In this document: positions 49,833-60,680 of the stretch, in pieces
How positions within the stretch are numbered: the stretch's first letter is position 1
Layout: each line of letters begins with the position of its first letter
Origin: Macrostomum hystrix
Taxonomy: Eukaryota; Animalia; Platyhelminthes
Direction of reading: 5' to 3'
Length of the DNA: 64,000 nucleotides
NCBI GenBank assembly: GCA_950097015.1
Contig: CATNEN010000009.1
Coordinates: 1,302,001-1,366,000 of the forward strand
The notes under the pieces: generated by a model
Databases searched by the model: none
Seen by the model: only the letters and a program-made list of their open reading frames with translations
What the model was told of the DNA's origin: nothing
Position numbers and translations under genes: made by a program

Positions 49833-51612
49833 CGAGGGGTGTCCCAGAAATAGCGGGAAAAATCGATGTACAGGCAAACTGGTGAAACATAGTTTATTGA
49901 AACTCACGTCACTGATAAATAAACATTCAGCAGTTCTAACGCTTTTTAAATTAAGTAAATATGTCAATTCATTAAAAAATTATGGCTAAAATTAGAACAA
50001 GGGGTAAGGGGTAGAGTTACACCAAGTCAAGGCCCAACCTAAGTTTGTCCTTAGACTAAATTTTTGCGACAGAAGAAAATGAGCAGAAGCATCAGTGAAC
50101 AGAAGCAGAAAAAGGCAACAGACGAGCAGAGAAGCGTGAGCACCAGAATCAAAATATGCAGAAGCTGACGCAAGAAATACCCGTGGCACCAACGACAGCA
50201 AGCACGATCGACATCGCGAATATCGACATTTTGTGCGCCTCGACAAGACGCCGCTGTTGAGTTTGGATTTTTTTCATTTTCCCTTGTTCAATCGTTCAAT
50301 GTTTAACGTTTCGTCCAAAGAAGGTCAGCGACAGTTCGTGTACTCCCAATGGAAATTGGGCAAGCGAGGCAGTGAAATTGTAAGCCAGCTGACTGAAATC
50401 TACGGAGTGAGTGCCATCTCGAAGAGTGCTGTCTATCGCTGGCTTGAAGAGTTCAGTCATGGGCGAACAGACGTTGCCGATGACACAGCCAACCGTGGCC
50501 GTCCGATCTCTCCATCAACAAAGGCACTGATTCAAATGGTGAAGGAAATCGTACAGGCAAATCCCCGTTTGACTGCAAGAGAGTTGGCGGATCGACTGGG
50601 AAGTCCAAAAACTTCAATTCATCGGATCTTGTCTGTGGATCTTGGTATGGTGAAACTGACGGCGAGATGGGTGCCCCGTTTGTTGACAGAAGAAATGAAA
50701 ACTGTAAGAATGAAGTCCTGCAGGGAGAATCTTGAGCTGGTGCGTGATGCTGGTGGATGGGAGAGTTTCCGACCCTATCTGGTGACCGGCGATGAAACCT
50801 GGATACCGCACTTTGACCCTGAGACCAAGCAGGAAAGCAAGGTGTGGGCGTTGAAGGGTTCAGATCCACCTGTGAAGGCGAAGCGAGACCAGCACTGCAA
50901 GAAGATCATGCTGACCCTTTTCTTCGATCAAGAAGGTCCCCTGACCATCGACTTCCTTGAGCCTAACAGCACGGTTAACTCGGACCGGTACACGGAGACG
51001 CTGACTAAGCTGAAATCGGACATCCGCAACAAGCGCAGGACTGCGATGAAGCCTCACCTCCTGTTGCACGACAACGCTCGACCTCACACGGCCAAGAAAA
51101 CGCTTGATCGTATCAACGAACTCAATTTTGATCTGCTTGCGCACCCGCCCTTCTCACCAGACTTGGCTCCTTGCGACTACGCAATTTTCCCTCAGTTAAA
51201 GAAGCACCTGCGGGGGCGCATCTTTGACCATCGCGACAACTTGGAAGGTGAAGTCAGGCGGGTTCTGCTGCACGAAATTCCGCGTCGAGCTTATGCAGAT
51301 GCCATCAATGCGCTTCTCACGCGATGGACTAAGTGCTGCGAGCTAAGGGGGGACTTCGTCGAAAAGTCGTCAGTCGACGGCGATGGCGATGCTGCGTGAC
51401 CGATTCCGCTGGCCTTGACTTGGTGTAACTCTACCCCCTACCCCTTGTTCTAATTTTAGCCATAATTTTTTAATGAATTGACATATTTACTTAATTTAAA
51501 AAGCGTTAGAACTGCTGAATGTTTATTTATCAGTGACGTGAGTTTCAATAAACTATGTTTCACCAGTTTGCCTGTACATCGATTTTTCCCGCTATTTCTG
51601 GGACACCCTACG
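49833..51612 (+). mobile_element. Mariner element with 202-bp TIRs and TA TSD
   Basis: TIRs at 49833-50034 and 51411-51612 (about 3 mismatches); TA at 49831-49832 and 51613-51614. Confidence 0.96.
50299..51399 (+). CDS. Intact DD34D mariner transposase (366 aa from the ATG at 50299)
   Basis: HTH region, WVPRLL, TGDETW, HDNARPH and FSPDLAPCDY; 34 residues counted between the second and third catalytic Asp. Confidence 0.96.
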   Translation: MFNVSSKEGQRQFVYSQWKLGKRGSEIVSQLTEIYGVSAISKSAVYRWLEEFSHGRTDVADDTANRGRPISPSTKALIQMVKEIVQANPRLTARELADRLGSPKTSIHRILSVDLGMVKLTARWVPRLLTEEMKTVRMKSCRENLELVRDAGGWESFRPYLVTGDETWIPHFDPETKQESKVWALKGSDPPVKAKRDQHCKKIMLTLFFDQEGPLTIDFLEPNSTVNSDRYTETLTKLKSDIRNKRRTAMKPHLLLHDNARPHTAKKTLDRINELNFDLLAHPPFSPDLAPCDYAIFPQLKKHLRGRIFDHRDNLEGEVRRVLLHEIPRRAYADAINALLTRWTKCCELRGDFVEKSSVDGDGDAA

Positions 51613-51989
51613 TAGATTAGAAGCAGATAAGAGCATATTAGAAACAGCATGGCGGCTAATGTTCCTATATATGTACCATGCAGTTCCTACTATGCTAAAA
51701 CTTCTTGCCTTCCTTTGTTTTAAGCCTTCCATCGTCTGCACCAACTTGGCTTCAACATAAGTCTAACCGGTAATACAAAGGTATAGCAGCAGACGCTCTT
51801 AACGGGGTCCTCACAATCAAACAGGTAAAATAAATTTTCTTTGGGATATTTAACTGCAACGGTGGAATACTAGTTTCTATATAATAAAAGTACAACGCAC
51901 ATTCATAGACATGAAGCAACAGTGAGCCCACTTGGTTTCAACATAGTCTATGTCATTCAAAGAACGACTCCTCGACCGCATATCTGACC

Positions 51990-52390
51990 TCGAAGTCCTT
52001 CTGGATGCTGGTTGGCGTCCATACCCCAATGGCTATCTGCTTGGAGATAGTGGCTACCCCAATCGAAACTATCTTCTAGTCCCATTGCAGCAGGCCGTCA
52101 CGTCACAGGAGCGCGCATTCAATAGGGCGCACAAGCGGACGCGTTCGCGTGTCGAGTGTGCATTCGGGATACTCAAGCAACGTTTTCGCTGTCTACAGTC
52201 GAGTTTGCCATTTGATCCCGTATTTGGTTGCAATGTTATTCGCTGCTGCGTTGCTCTTCATTACCTGCTGTTGCCCAACACAGATGTGGATGGACTAGAA
52301 GACTACGGCGCTGAAGACGAGGACCACACGGAAGAAGTGGACGATGCCGCCGAGGAGGGAAGACAAAAAATTGTGCAATTTATGCAATGA
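51990..52390 (+). pseudogene. Harbinger transposase, 3' part only
   Basis: AGWRPYPNGYLLGDSGYP...RAHKRTRSRVECAFGILKQRFRCL; paralogous to 54605-55513. Confidence 0.85.
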
Positions 52391-52639
52391 ACAACTCGAT
52401 AGTGTAGTTTTTAAAGATAGTTGCTAGTTACAAGTTGCGCTGAATGTATTTGTAAGTAACCTGTGGATCATTGAACTAAACTTCAATTTCAACTTCAACA
52501 TAACAAAAATTGTTCAACCGCGTTCCTAAACGTGACCATATGTCAATGCTGCTGAAATAGACTCGAAGCACAGTGAAACAACTCATTACTCCGAACACCG
52601 ACTACAGCTGATTAAAAAGCGTATCAGGTGCACAATTAC

Positions 52640-53118
52640 CTGTCCAGTTGCGCTGCTCTTGGAAATTTTCAATCTCGATCCGTAGCTTTTCGTTTCGCAG
52701 TCTCCAGTTTTCTAATCGCATTTCTAGCTCGGTGATTTGCAACTCAATCTTTCTTCTCTTGAGTGCAGCTTCGTCCACAGTAGCTTTGCCACTAGAAGCC
52801 GTCGAAGTAGATCGCTTAGGCGTCGATTGCGTCGATCCAGAAAATGTGCTCGTTCTCGCCCCGGGCTACTTGCTAGCAGCGGACGTTTGTACTTTCGAAA
52901 CGATAAATTGTACTTTCCAGTAAATGATCATCATTGGCGTGGTGGTCCCTAGCATTGTTCTCCGTGCTTTCGTACGTCTCCGGGACATCCAGACCAACCA
53001 CGATGGCGGACGTCTTGTCGATGATGTCTAGAACCAAATTATCAACTTCGGTTAGTTGCTTGTCCTTTCCACCATCTACCCCTGTCTTCTTATTGGCATC
53101 TACCTTCTCAATTGTTCT
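52640..53118 (-). pseudogene. Harbinger Myb/SANT-like accessory gene remnant (C-terminal part)
   Basis: RTIEKVDANKKTG...LVLDIIDKTS.IVVGLDVPETYES aligns with RTIERVDSLKKTG...LVLEILDKRS.LVCGLNVPETYET of 53369-54082; contains stops or frameshift. Confidence 0.8.
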
Positions 53119-53368
53119 CTAGAGTGTGTTTCATAGAAGTGACAAGTTACAAGTGACTAGCGACAAGTCGACAAGCTACAAGTTACAAGTGGCAGAGATT
53201 TTTGTTTCATAGGCCGATTTGTAAGTCTCACGACAAGCTACAAGCTGCCTGAGTAGTGAACGAAAATGTCTATGTCCAAAACCGGGGTCGGTCGTAGTGA
53301 GAAAGAAAGAAGAATCCATAGTCGACCCTATGCATTGGACGATGCCACTGCACTGACAAAGAAAAATA

Positions 53369-54082
53369 ATGCCACTCACGGTCGAGAGCAAGAATTCTCT
53401 GCTGCGTCTGATAAGCGAAAGAAAGGCTGATCTATTTGGCGAATTTTCCGCAACAATTACGAAGGAAAAACGCGTGGCTGCTTGGAAAGAAGTTGTGACG
53501 ACGTGCAAAAGTGATTACGGTTTCGACCCATGTCCTGGAAAAGACTACACCTACGTAAGGGACACCTTGTGGCCAAACATGAAAAGAAGAACGATCGAGA
53601 GGGTTGATTCCTTGAAGAAAACTGGGGCAGCTGGTGGCGCACTGAACACGACCCAGGAATTGGTTCTGGAGATTTTGGACAAACGGTCAACACTTGTGTG
53701 CGGATTGAATGTGCCGGAGACGTATGAGACGCCACAGACAACCGATAAAGACGACACGGAGCGGATGGCAACGGTTAGTCATGATGTCGGAAGCGGCAAG
53801 GGCTCTGACGGCTCGAGTGACGGCAACACATCGACCAACGGAGTCAAGAGCCCTCGCATGTGGAATAGTGGTTATCTTGGACAATCGCAGAATAAACGCG
53901 TGCCAAAGATTGACATGGACAGAGAGGAGTTGGTGACCAAGAAGCTGAAGTTGCAAGTATTGGAACTGGAACTCAAGTGTAAGAACTGGGAGCTGCAGAA
54001 CGCAAAATTGGAACTGGACATTCAGCAGGCGCAGAATCGGGCTCAGGCACAGGAATCGACGGATATGCTTTTCCAACTGTAA
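53369..54082 (+). CDS. Harbinger Myb/SANT (MADF-like) DNA-binding protein, 237 aa
   Basis: LLRLISERKADLFG...KRVAAWKEV...LWPNMK trihelix pattern and a C-terminal coiled coil. Confidence 0.85.
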   Translation: MPLTVESKNSLLRLISERKADLFGEFSATITKEKRVAAWKEVVTTCKSDYGFDPCPGKDYTYVRDTLWPNMKRRTIERVDSLKKTGAAGGALNTTQELVLEILDKRSTLVCGLNVPETYETPQTTDKDDTERMATVSHDVGSGKGSDGSSDGNTSTNGVKSPRMWNSGYLGQSQNKRVPKIDMDREELVTKKLKLQVLELELKCKNWELQNAKLELDIQQAQNRAQAQESTDMLFQL

Positions 54083-54604
54083 AACATAACATAAAACAAC
54101 TACTTTCGATGGATATGATTTTCCAACTTTAATCTGCGGCCCCTAGAACTAACTACTTTCTCCATCAGAGGCTGCCGCATTTCGACAGGGTAAACGATTA
54201 ACTCCTTCGGTGTTTACTCCTTCTGTTGTTGTACATGTTTCAAAGCTTTTTGTCCGTTTGGTAAATAGTAAATAGTGAGCAACTTTTCCACGCAATGTCA
54301 AAGCGTGACACCGCTAACTCAATCTTAGCTGACACCGCAATACATAATTTGAACGAACTGTTGTTGTGCTTTCTTGGAATTCATGAATTATTTACTTATT
54401 TCTTATTACGCATGGTAGCAACGTCGCAAAATAACAAACTTCCTTGCAGTATGTGTTAGCAGAGTGCACAACAGGAAAGTGTGTCTGTCAGAACAGTTGA
54501 ATTATTTGTTGCCGCCTCACACCAACACCGTTGTATTCGTTTCCGTCGTTGTCTCCTTCGTCCTCGTCAACTGGAAGGTCTTTGACTGCGACATTCATTT
54601 TGGG

Positions 54605-55513
54605 CTAGAGCAGGTTGTGCAGGGCCACACAGCAGCGGATGACGTGGCAAGCGAACACAGGCTCCAATGGGAGGATCGACAGCAGGCACCGGAAGCGCTG
54701 TTTCAGTATGCCGATGGCGCACTCGATGCGCACACGAGTGCGCTTGTGTGCTCGGTTGTACGATGCCTCCTGAGGCGTGTTGGTCACTGGCAGTGGCTTC
54801 AGTAGGTAGTCTCTGTTTGGGTAGCCGCTGTCACCAACGAGATAGCCGTTCGGGTGAGGCCTCCATCCAGCTTCCAACAGTGTGCTTCGCCGAAAAACTC
54901 TAGCGTCGTTCACCGCCCCGGGCCACTTCACGGATACGAACAAGAAGCCATGACCGGGATCGCACACAAGCATCACGTTCACAGATGTGTTGCCGTGGCG
55001 ATTAACAAACTGCCCCGGATTGACATGCGGTTTTCTTATTTGTACATGGGTGCCGTCGATGCAGCCGATCACGCATGGCAGGCCAGCGATGTCTCGGAAC
55101 TCTCCAGCAGACACTCGATTCATGTTGGCATCCTCTGGCCACTTCACCAGCTCCGGCAGCAGTAGCTCGTTGACTGCACCAACTACTCGATGCACAGCTC
55201 TGCTCACTGTTGGTTTTGTCACACCATGAGCATCGGTAATGGTGCTGTAGTTTGCACCGGTTGCGAGGAACCGCAATGCTACTCGCACCTGCTGCGACGG
55301 CTCCAGAGCAGCATTCGATCGAGTGGGGTGTTGCAGTCGATGTCCAATTGCCGTGCATACTGTCTCCACGTCCTCCTCTGTCAGTCGAAATCGGGATTGA
55401 TGATTGTCAGGGCGATCTTCAAATTGAAAATTTATCCGCGGTTTGAACATTCGTGGTCGCCTCGCAGCGTTCTGAGGCTGATCCTCCTCGTCTGAGGAGT
55501 CTGACTCGAACAT
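54605..55513 (-). CDS. Harbinger DDE transposase, 302 aa, probable premature stop before the acidic tail
   Basis: IGCIDGTHV, GDSGY and RVRIECAIG triad; the frame continues past TAG into an acidic tail like that of the 51990 copy. Confidence 0.88.
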   Translation of the reverse strand: MFESDSSDEEDQPQNAARRPRMFKPRINFQFEDRPDNHQSRFRLTEEDVETVCTAIGHRLQHPTRSNAALEPSQQVRVALRFLATGANYSTITDAHGVTKPTVSRAVHRVVGAVNELLLPELVKWPEDANMNRVSAGEFRDIAGLPCVIGCIDGTHVQIRKPHVNPGQFVNRHGNTSVNVMLVCDPGHGFLFVSVKWPGAVNDARVFRRSTLLEAGWRPHPNGYLVGDSGYPNRDYLLKPLPVTNTPQEASYNRAHKRTRVRIECAIGILKQRFRCLLSILPLEPVFACHVIRCCVALHNLL

Positions 55514-56202
55514 AGTGACTCGATTAGTGACTATGACTGCCGTAAGATCGCTGAGTTACAAGCTCGACAAGAAGAAATAGATTATTCAGACTATTCATCT
55601 CCAGACGGCTGCTCACTCATCCAAGCGCGCTGTCTATGAAACAAACCGCTTGTAACTGGCACTTGTCACTACTCGCTTGTCACTTTTTGGAGCTTGTAAC
55701 TTGTAAAAATTCTATGTAACGAAAATCGCTGCTCACTGCTCACTTGTCACACTTGTAACTCTGACAAGTGCTCTATGACTCGACTCAAACTCTGCTTTAT
55801 AGCTGCGTTCGCTGTACTGTACACTACTTGATTAATAAGTTTATTTCATTATGTCACCCAGATAAAAAAATCCCTCCAATCCTTCCATACAGCACCCGGA
55901 CCGAATCTGAGCCCTGGGCGACCAAGGTCAACTCCTGTCAACCAGTGTGCGACTGTTGCCGTGAATACTAAGCCTTGTCGAAGCCCGCCGACAGCAGATA
56001 GAGTGCAGCTTCACCTGGCCTTCATAATGTTAACAATCATTTACTTGTCCATTTATCGCTAATACGAGCGTATAATAAATATTTCGCGAATTCGACAAGC
56101 AGCTGCAGCGAAGACGATTGTGTCATAACTGGTGTGGATTATTTGCAACTGTGTTTTTAGTTCTTTGCACTGTTGGTACTGCTGATAAGTCGTAGCAGTT
56201 GT

Positions 56203-56370
56203 TACGAGGTGCATTCAAAAAGTTCTTTTCGGTCCTTTGGCATTGTTTTGTAAATGACACAGAACAATTTTTTTTCGAATGCTGCAAGTTAAGTATATGG
56301 CCTAAACCTTCCTGAGTTTTTAAGCCTTAGCTGGTGACTTTGTCTGAGCTACAAGCAATTTTTAAGCTAC
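56203..56370 (+). mobile_element. Solo mariner-type terminal fragment
   Basis: TA followed by cgaggtgcattcaaaaagt, a typical mariner TIR start; no partner found. Confidence 0.45.
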
Positions 56371-56374
56371 CCTT

Positions 56375-57933
56375 CTAAATTTGAATGACGGAGTAGTTAA
56401 CGGCGTCCCTGGTCACATGCGACGCCAAGGAGACGGGCACGTCGGACAGCGACGCCAGGATCATCTTGAGCCGTAGTTCAGTTTTCTCCTCATCAGATTG
56501 GCAGCTTGCAAATACGGCATCAAGGCGCGCCGACTCCTTCGATGACAACCCAGACAGGCAACAGGCGTTAACCAGACTAGTCTCAATTTGGCTATCGTCC
56601 AGTGAATCTCTCAGGTCTGGAATACTTTTTTTAAGCATAACATGATAACTTGAAATTGTCTCATGGAATATTCCGCTGCAGTTAACACAATCCCCAGAAC
56701 GCGTACTGCCACAAGTTGGGCCCTCGAATCATTGCACCCTCTCAACTTCAGATACTTCGTGATTGTTGTGAAGACGTGCTCGTGGAAACACTTCCCTCCA
56801 CCCACAGAAAGTGCTGCAGGGTGAAGGCGATAGAAGGCTGTCTCCCGACTTTGAATTATTTCTGTAGCACGAGGGATACTAACGACTTGATCTTTAATCT
56901 TAAAGCTCAACGCCATCCGCGTGCTAAAGCACAGAATGCCACCTCCATCACAGGTTACATCCAGTTCTTTCATCAGGGATGTCAGAAAAGTGGTGTACTT
57001 TGGGCCCGTCGGCGTCCCGTACACTTGTTGAAGTGTTGAGCTTGACATTGCAAGTGGAAACTGTAGCGATGGGTAGGTCGGGTTGCCGTCGCATGCAAAC
57101 AACGCCGTAGATCTCCCCGGGCAAAGTTCATCATGCTCTTCGAATTCATCATCGCAAGCGGACTCGCCAGGAATCGGCGATGACACACGACTAGAAGGCC
57201 GACGATTGGCATCGCAATTATCTTGTAGAAAGGCAGAAGAGCTAGATACGCGCAACTTAAGACGTCTAGCTGCTCGTGGATTCTGCGCGACCGACGGGTC
57301 CGACACGTCGAGTAACTCTCCGCCGACTAACACGTCAGCAGATCCTCCATTTGGGTTGGCCGTATCGCCAGCGTCGTGCAGTAGGAAAAGGTAATGTTTT
57401 GGCGGGATTTCTTCGATGCTTTCGCTCATAGCTGCCGAAATTAAGCTGGCCATGTCGCTCAGACTATTTCTAATAACACTATATGGAACAGTACCAGCTT
57501 TAGCATTCATAGCCAGCTGCATCAGGTACTTGGCAACGCGCTTTCCAACAATCTGAGCGTCCCGATCGCCAATAGCAGTTTCGACTGCCACCTGAGACCG
57601 AATGTCCTTTGGCAGGTAAAGGGCAGTGACTTGAAGCTTTTGAAAAACCATCTGGCATAGCTTAAACAAAGTCGTCTTCCCTGCACCACTTCCCTGCATT
57701 GGTCCAAATATCAGGCCCAAATGTACCTTGCTCGCGTCCTCAATACATAAGAAATCCAACATGATTTTAAAAATTTCATGGACTTCCATCGCAAGCGCAA
57801 AGTGATTTGCGTATTTCTCTTGAGTCTCCTTGTCCTCGCTGAAAATCTCCAGCAGACAGGACTCTACTTGCTGAAGTGTTGGAAAGTCCATGAGTTGCAA
57901 TCCACAACAATCGGGCTGCAATGTGTTTAACAT
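56375..57933 (-). CDS. Orphan P-loop NTPase-like gene, with a -1 frameshift at an A7 run near 56630
   Basis: Intronless 440-aa ORF with LIFGPMQGSGAGKTTLF (Walker A after a hydrophobic strand) and a candidate Walker B YLFLLHD; an 87-aa ORF overlaps it in the -1 frame. Confidence 0.65.
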
Positions 57934-58353
57934 GATGAGTTTTGCAATTCTGTAAAAATAAAGATGAAGACTTTTACCTAAAGGACTTGAAACTGATGTG
58001 CCCTACTTAAAATAAAAAAGAACATTTATTGCTAAGTTACGTTACGCAAAGTAAAGTAAAGAAAAGTAAAGTAAAGTAAACTACACTCTACTCCACTCGC
58101 CCCACTCTACTCCACTCCCCCCACTCTACTCCACACCGGAGGGAAACGCAATAGAGAGCAGAAAGAAAATGAGATAACAACAACAATGATACTATCGTAT
58201 AAATGTTGTATAAATGTTGTATCAATGCTTAGTTCATTTGATTGTTTAAAACTTTTTATCTGGGGGATTATCACCAATCTGGGATTGTCACCAAACAGAG
58301 GATCTGGGATCGTCACCAAACTGAGGATCTGGGATATTTGTCATTAAACTGAG

Positions 58354-58830
58354 CTTTGTCGTCGGCGGGATCGGCGTCGGCGGGATCGGCAGGATCGGGA
58401 TCGGCGTTAGCGGGATGCGGAGGGGCCTGACGGGCCTCCGCGAGGTCCACGGGGACTGCAGCTGCCAGCGCAGTGGCCTTTGCCAGACACAGCAGCCGTT
58501 TTGCATCACGCCTCTCGAGACACACAGGCGGAAGAAGTCCGCCGAAGTGTTCACCAGCCGCCAGAGTGAACACATTTAGTGCCAGATTTATTGCCGCAGA
58601 CGCCCTTGCAGAAGGCGTTGGGGCATTATCTGGCACGGCAGGGGCGGCAGGCCTGCCCAAAGAAATAGTCCGAATGAGTCTTGGTACCCCAGCTGCATCA
58701 GATGCATCCATGTAAGGGTTATAGAACTTCATCAGTCTGGTCCTCAGTTGCTCGCATGTACTTGCCGAAGTGTTGGAAAGTTCATGAGTTGCAATCCACT
58801 ACACTCGGGCTGCAATGTGTTTAACATGAT
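58354..58830 (-). pseudogene. N-part of a small acidic/NLS family gene, fused to the NTPase leader
   Basis: LGRPAAP...FTLAAGEHFGGLLPP..CLERRDAKRLLCLAKATA is shared with 62093-62791; cut at the ADPAD repeat. Confidence 0.7.
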
Positions 58831-58959
58831 GAGTTTTGCAATTCTGTAAAATAAAAAATGAAGACTTTTACCTAAAGGACTTGAAACTGATGTGCCTTAC
58901 TTAAAATAAAAAAGAACATTTATTGCTAAGTTACGTTACGCAAAGTAAAGTAAAGTAAA

Positions 58960-59345
58960 GTAAAGTAAACTACACTCTACTCCACTCGCCCCACTCTACT
59001 CCACTCGCCCCACTCTACTCCACTCCCCCACTCTACTCCACTCCCCCACTCTACTCCACTCCCCCACTCTACTCCACTCCCCCACTCTACTCCACTCGCC
59101 CCACTCTACTCAGGTCGATCTGCTCAAGTCGAAGAGCAGGTCGCATCTGCAAGAAAAGAAATCGACAAATGACTTACTAATAGATTTGCACAGCACTTCT
59201 TTCTTTATTCTGAAGAAAAATAATAAAGCACATTCTTGTCGAAAACCGCACCGGAGGGAAACGCAATAGAGAGCAGAAAGAAAATGAGATAACAACAACA
59301 ATGATACAACAATATATAAAAATTTAAAGGTCAGTTTAATGACAA
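58960..59345 (-). repeat. Upstream module U, inverted copy of about 61125-61555
   Basis: Contains (actctactccactccccc)n and caggtcgatctgctcaagtcgaagagc; partial third copy at 58060-58200. Confidence 0.88.
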
Positions 59346-59908
59346 TTATCCCAGATCCTCAGTTTGGTGACAATCCAAGATCCTCTGTTTGGTGACAATC
59401 CCAGATCCTCAGTGTGGTGACAATCCCAGATCCTCAGTTTAATGACAATTATCCCAGACCCTCAGTTTGGTGACAATCCCAGATCCTCAGTGTGGTGACA
59501 ATCCCAGATCCTCAGTTTAATGACAATTATCCCAGACCCTCAGTTTGGTGACAATCCCAGATCCTCAGTTTGGGGACAATCAGTCCATGATAACTAAATA
59601 ACAAAACAACGAAACTAATTCACTAAGTTGACTTATGCTGGAATGCCGGATGCTGTTTCCAGGGGCCGGTTACCAAGGACGCCACACAGGCTAGGCTCCC
59701 TACTGGTCCATCGACTGGCTAGATGCATGGTATAAAAAATAAAATTATAAAAAAAATTGGTGACAATCCCAGATCCTCAGTTTGGTGACAATCCCAGATC
59801 CTCAGTTTGGTGACAATCCCAGATCCTCAGTTTGGTGACAATCCCAGATCATCAGTTTGGTGCCAATCCCAGATTCTCAGTTTGGTGACAATCCCAGATC
59901 CTCAGTTT
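59340..59908 (-). repeat. Inverted 25-bp repeats and an inverted part of module D
   Basis: 59570-59750 is a near-exact reverse complement of about 60210-60385. Confidence 0.9.
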
Positions 59909-59910
59909 CT

Positions 59911-60121
59911 CGCCGACGCCGATCCCGCCGATCCGGTCGATGACGCCGATCCCGCCGCCATACTACCGGACCAGTTTGGCGGGGCCGGTCCCGGCCCGTC
60001 GGCGGTGGCGGAGGACGAGGGGGACGACGACGACGACGACCACCAAGATCCGAGGGCCAAGAGGCAGTGTGTTAAAAAGGCTGCACCAAAGAAGGCTAGT
60101 CGAAAGAAGCGACGTCGCTAA
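59911..60121 (+). pseudogene. C-part of a small acidic/NLS family gene
   Basis: ADADPAD...EDEGDDDD...PRAKRQCVKKAAPKKASRKKRRR*; nearly the same as the end of the 62791 gene; no 5' part. Confidence 0.75.
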
Positions 60122-60680
60122 ACTGTCCCTAAGCTATTTTTATATATTGTTGTATCATCTGGGGGCTTTTCCTTTCGCGACAAAACGCATTAATTATTTT
60201 TTTATAATTTTATTTTTTATACCATGCATCTAGCCAGTCGATGGACCAGTAGGGAGCCTAGCCTGTGTGGCGTCCTTGGTAACCGGCCCCTGGAAACAGC
60301 ATCCGGCATTCCAGCATAAGTCAACTTAGTGAATTAGTTTCGTTGTTTTGTTATTTAGTTGTCATGGACTGATTGTCCCCAAACTGAGAATTTGGGATTG
60401 TCACCAAACTGAGGGTCTGGGATAATTGTCATTAAACTGAGGATCTGGGATTGTCACCACACTGAGGATCTGGGATTGTCCCAAACATAGGATCTGGGAT
60501 TGTCACCAAACTGAGGGTCTGGGATAATTGTCTTTAAACTAAGTTTTAAAATTTTATATATTGTTGTATCATTGTATATAAATCGTATCGTATCAATGTT
60601 GTATCATTGTTGTTTTGTTGTATTAGTGTTGTATAAATCCTAGTTCATTTCATTGTTTAAAACTTTTTATCTAGGGGGTT
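60122..60680 (+). repeat. Downstream module D, repeated at 62792-63297 and 63971-64000
   Basis: Direct repeat at a period of 2670 bp. Confidence 0.92.

Larger units (their letters stand above)
53121..55786. mobile_element. Two-gene Harbinger transposon
   Basis: Convergent Myb-like and DDE genes; subterminal acaagt motifs on the left and acttgt on the right; imperfect TIRs (gagtgtgtttcatag and ctatgactcgactc); TSD not resolved. Confidence 0.75.
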
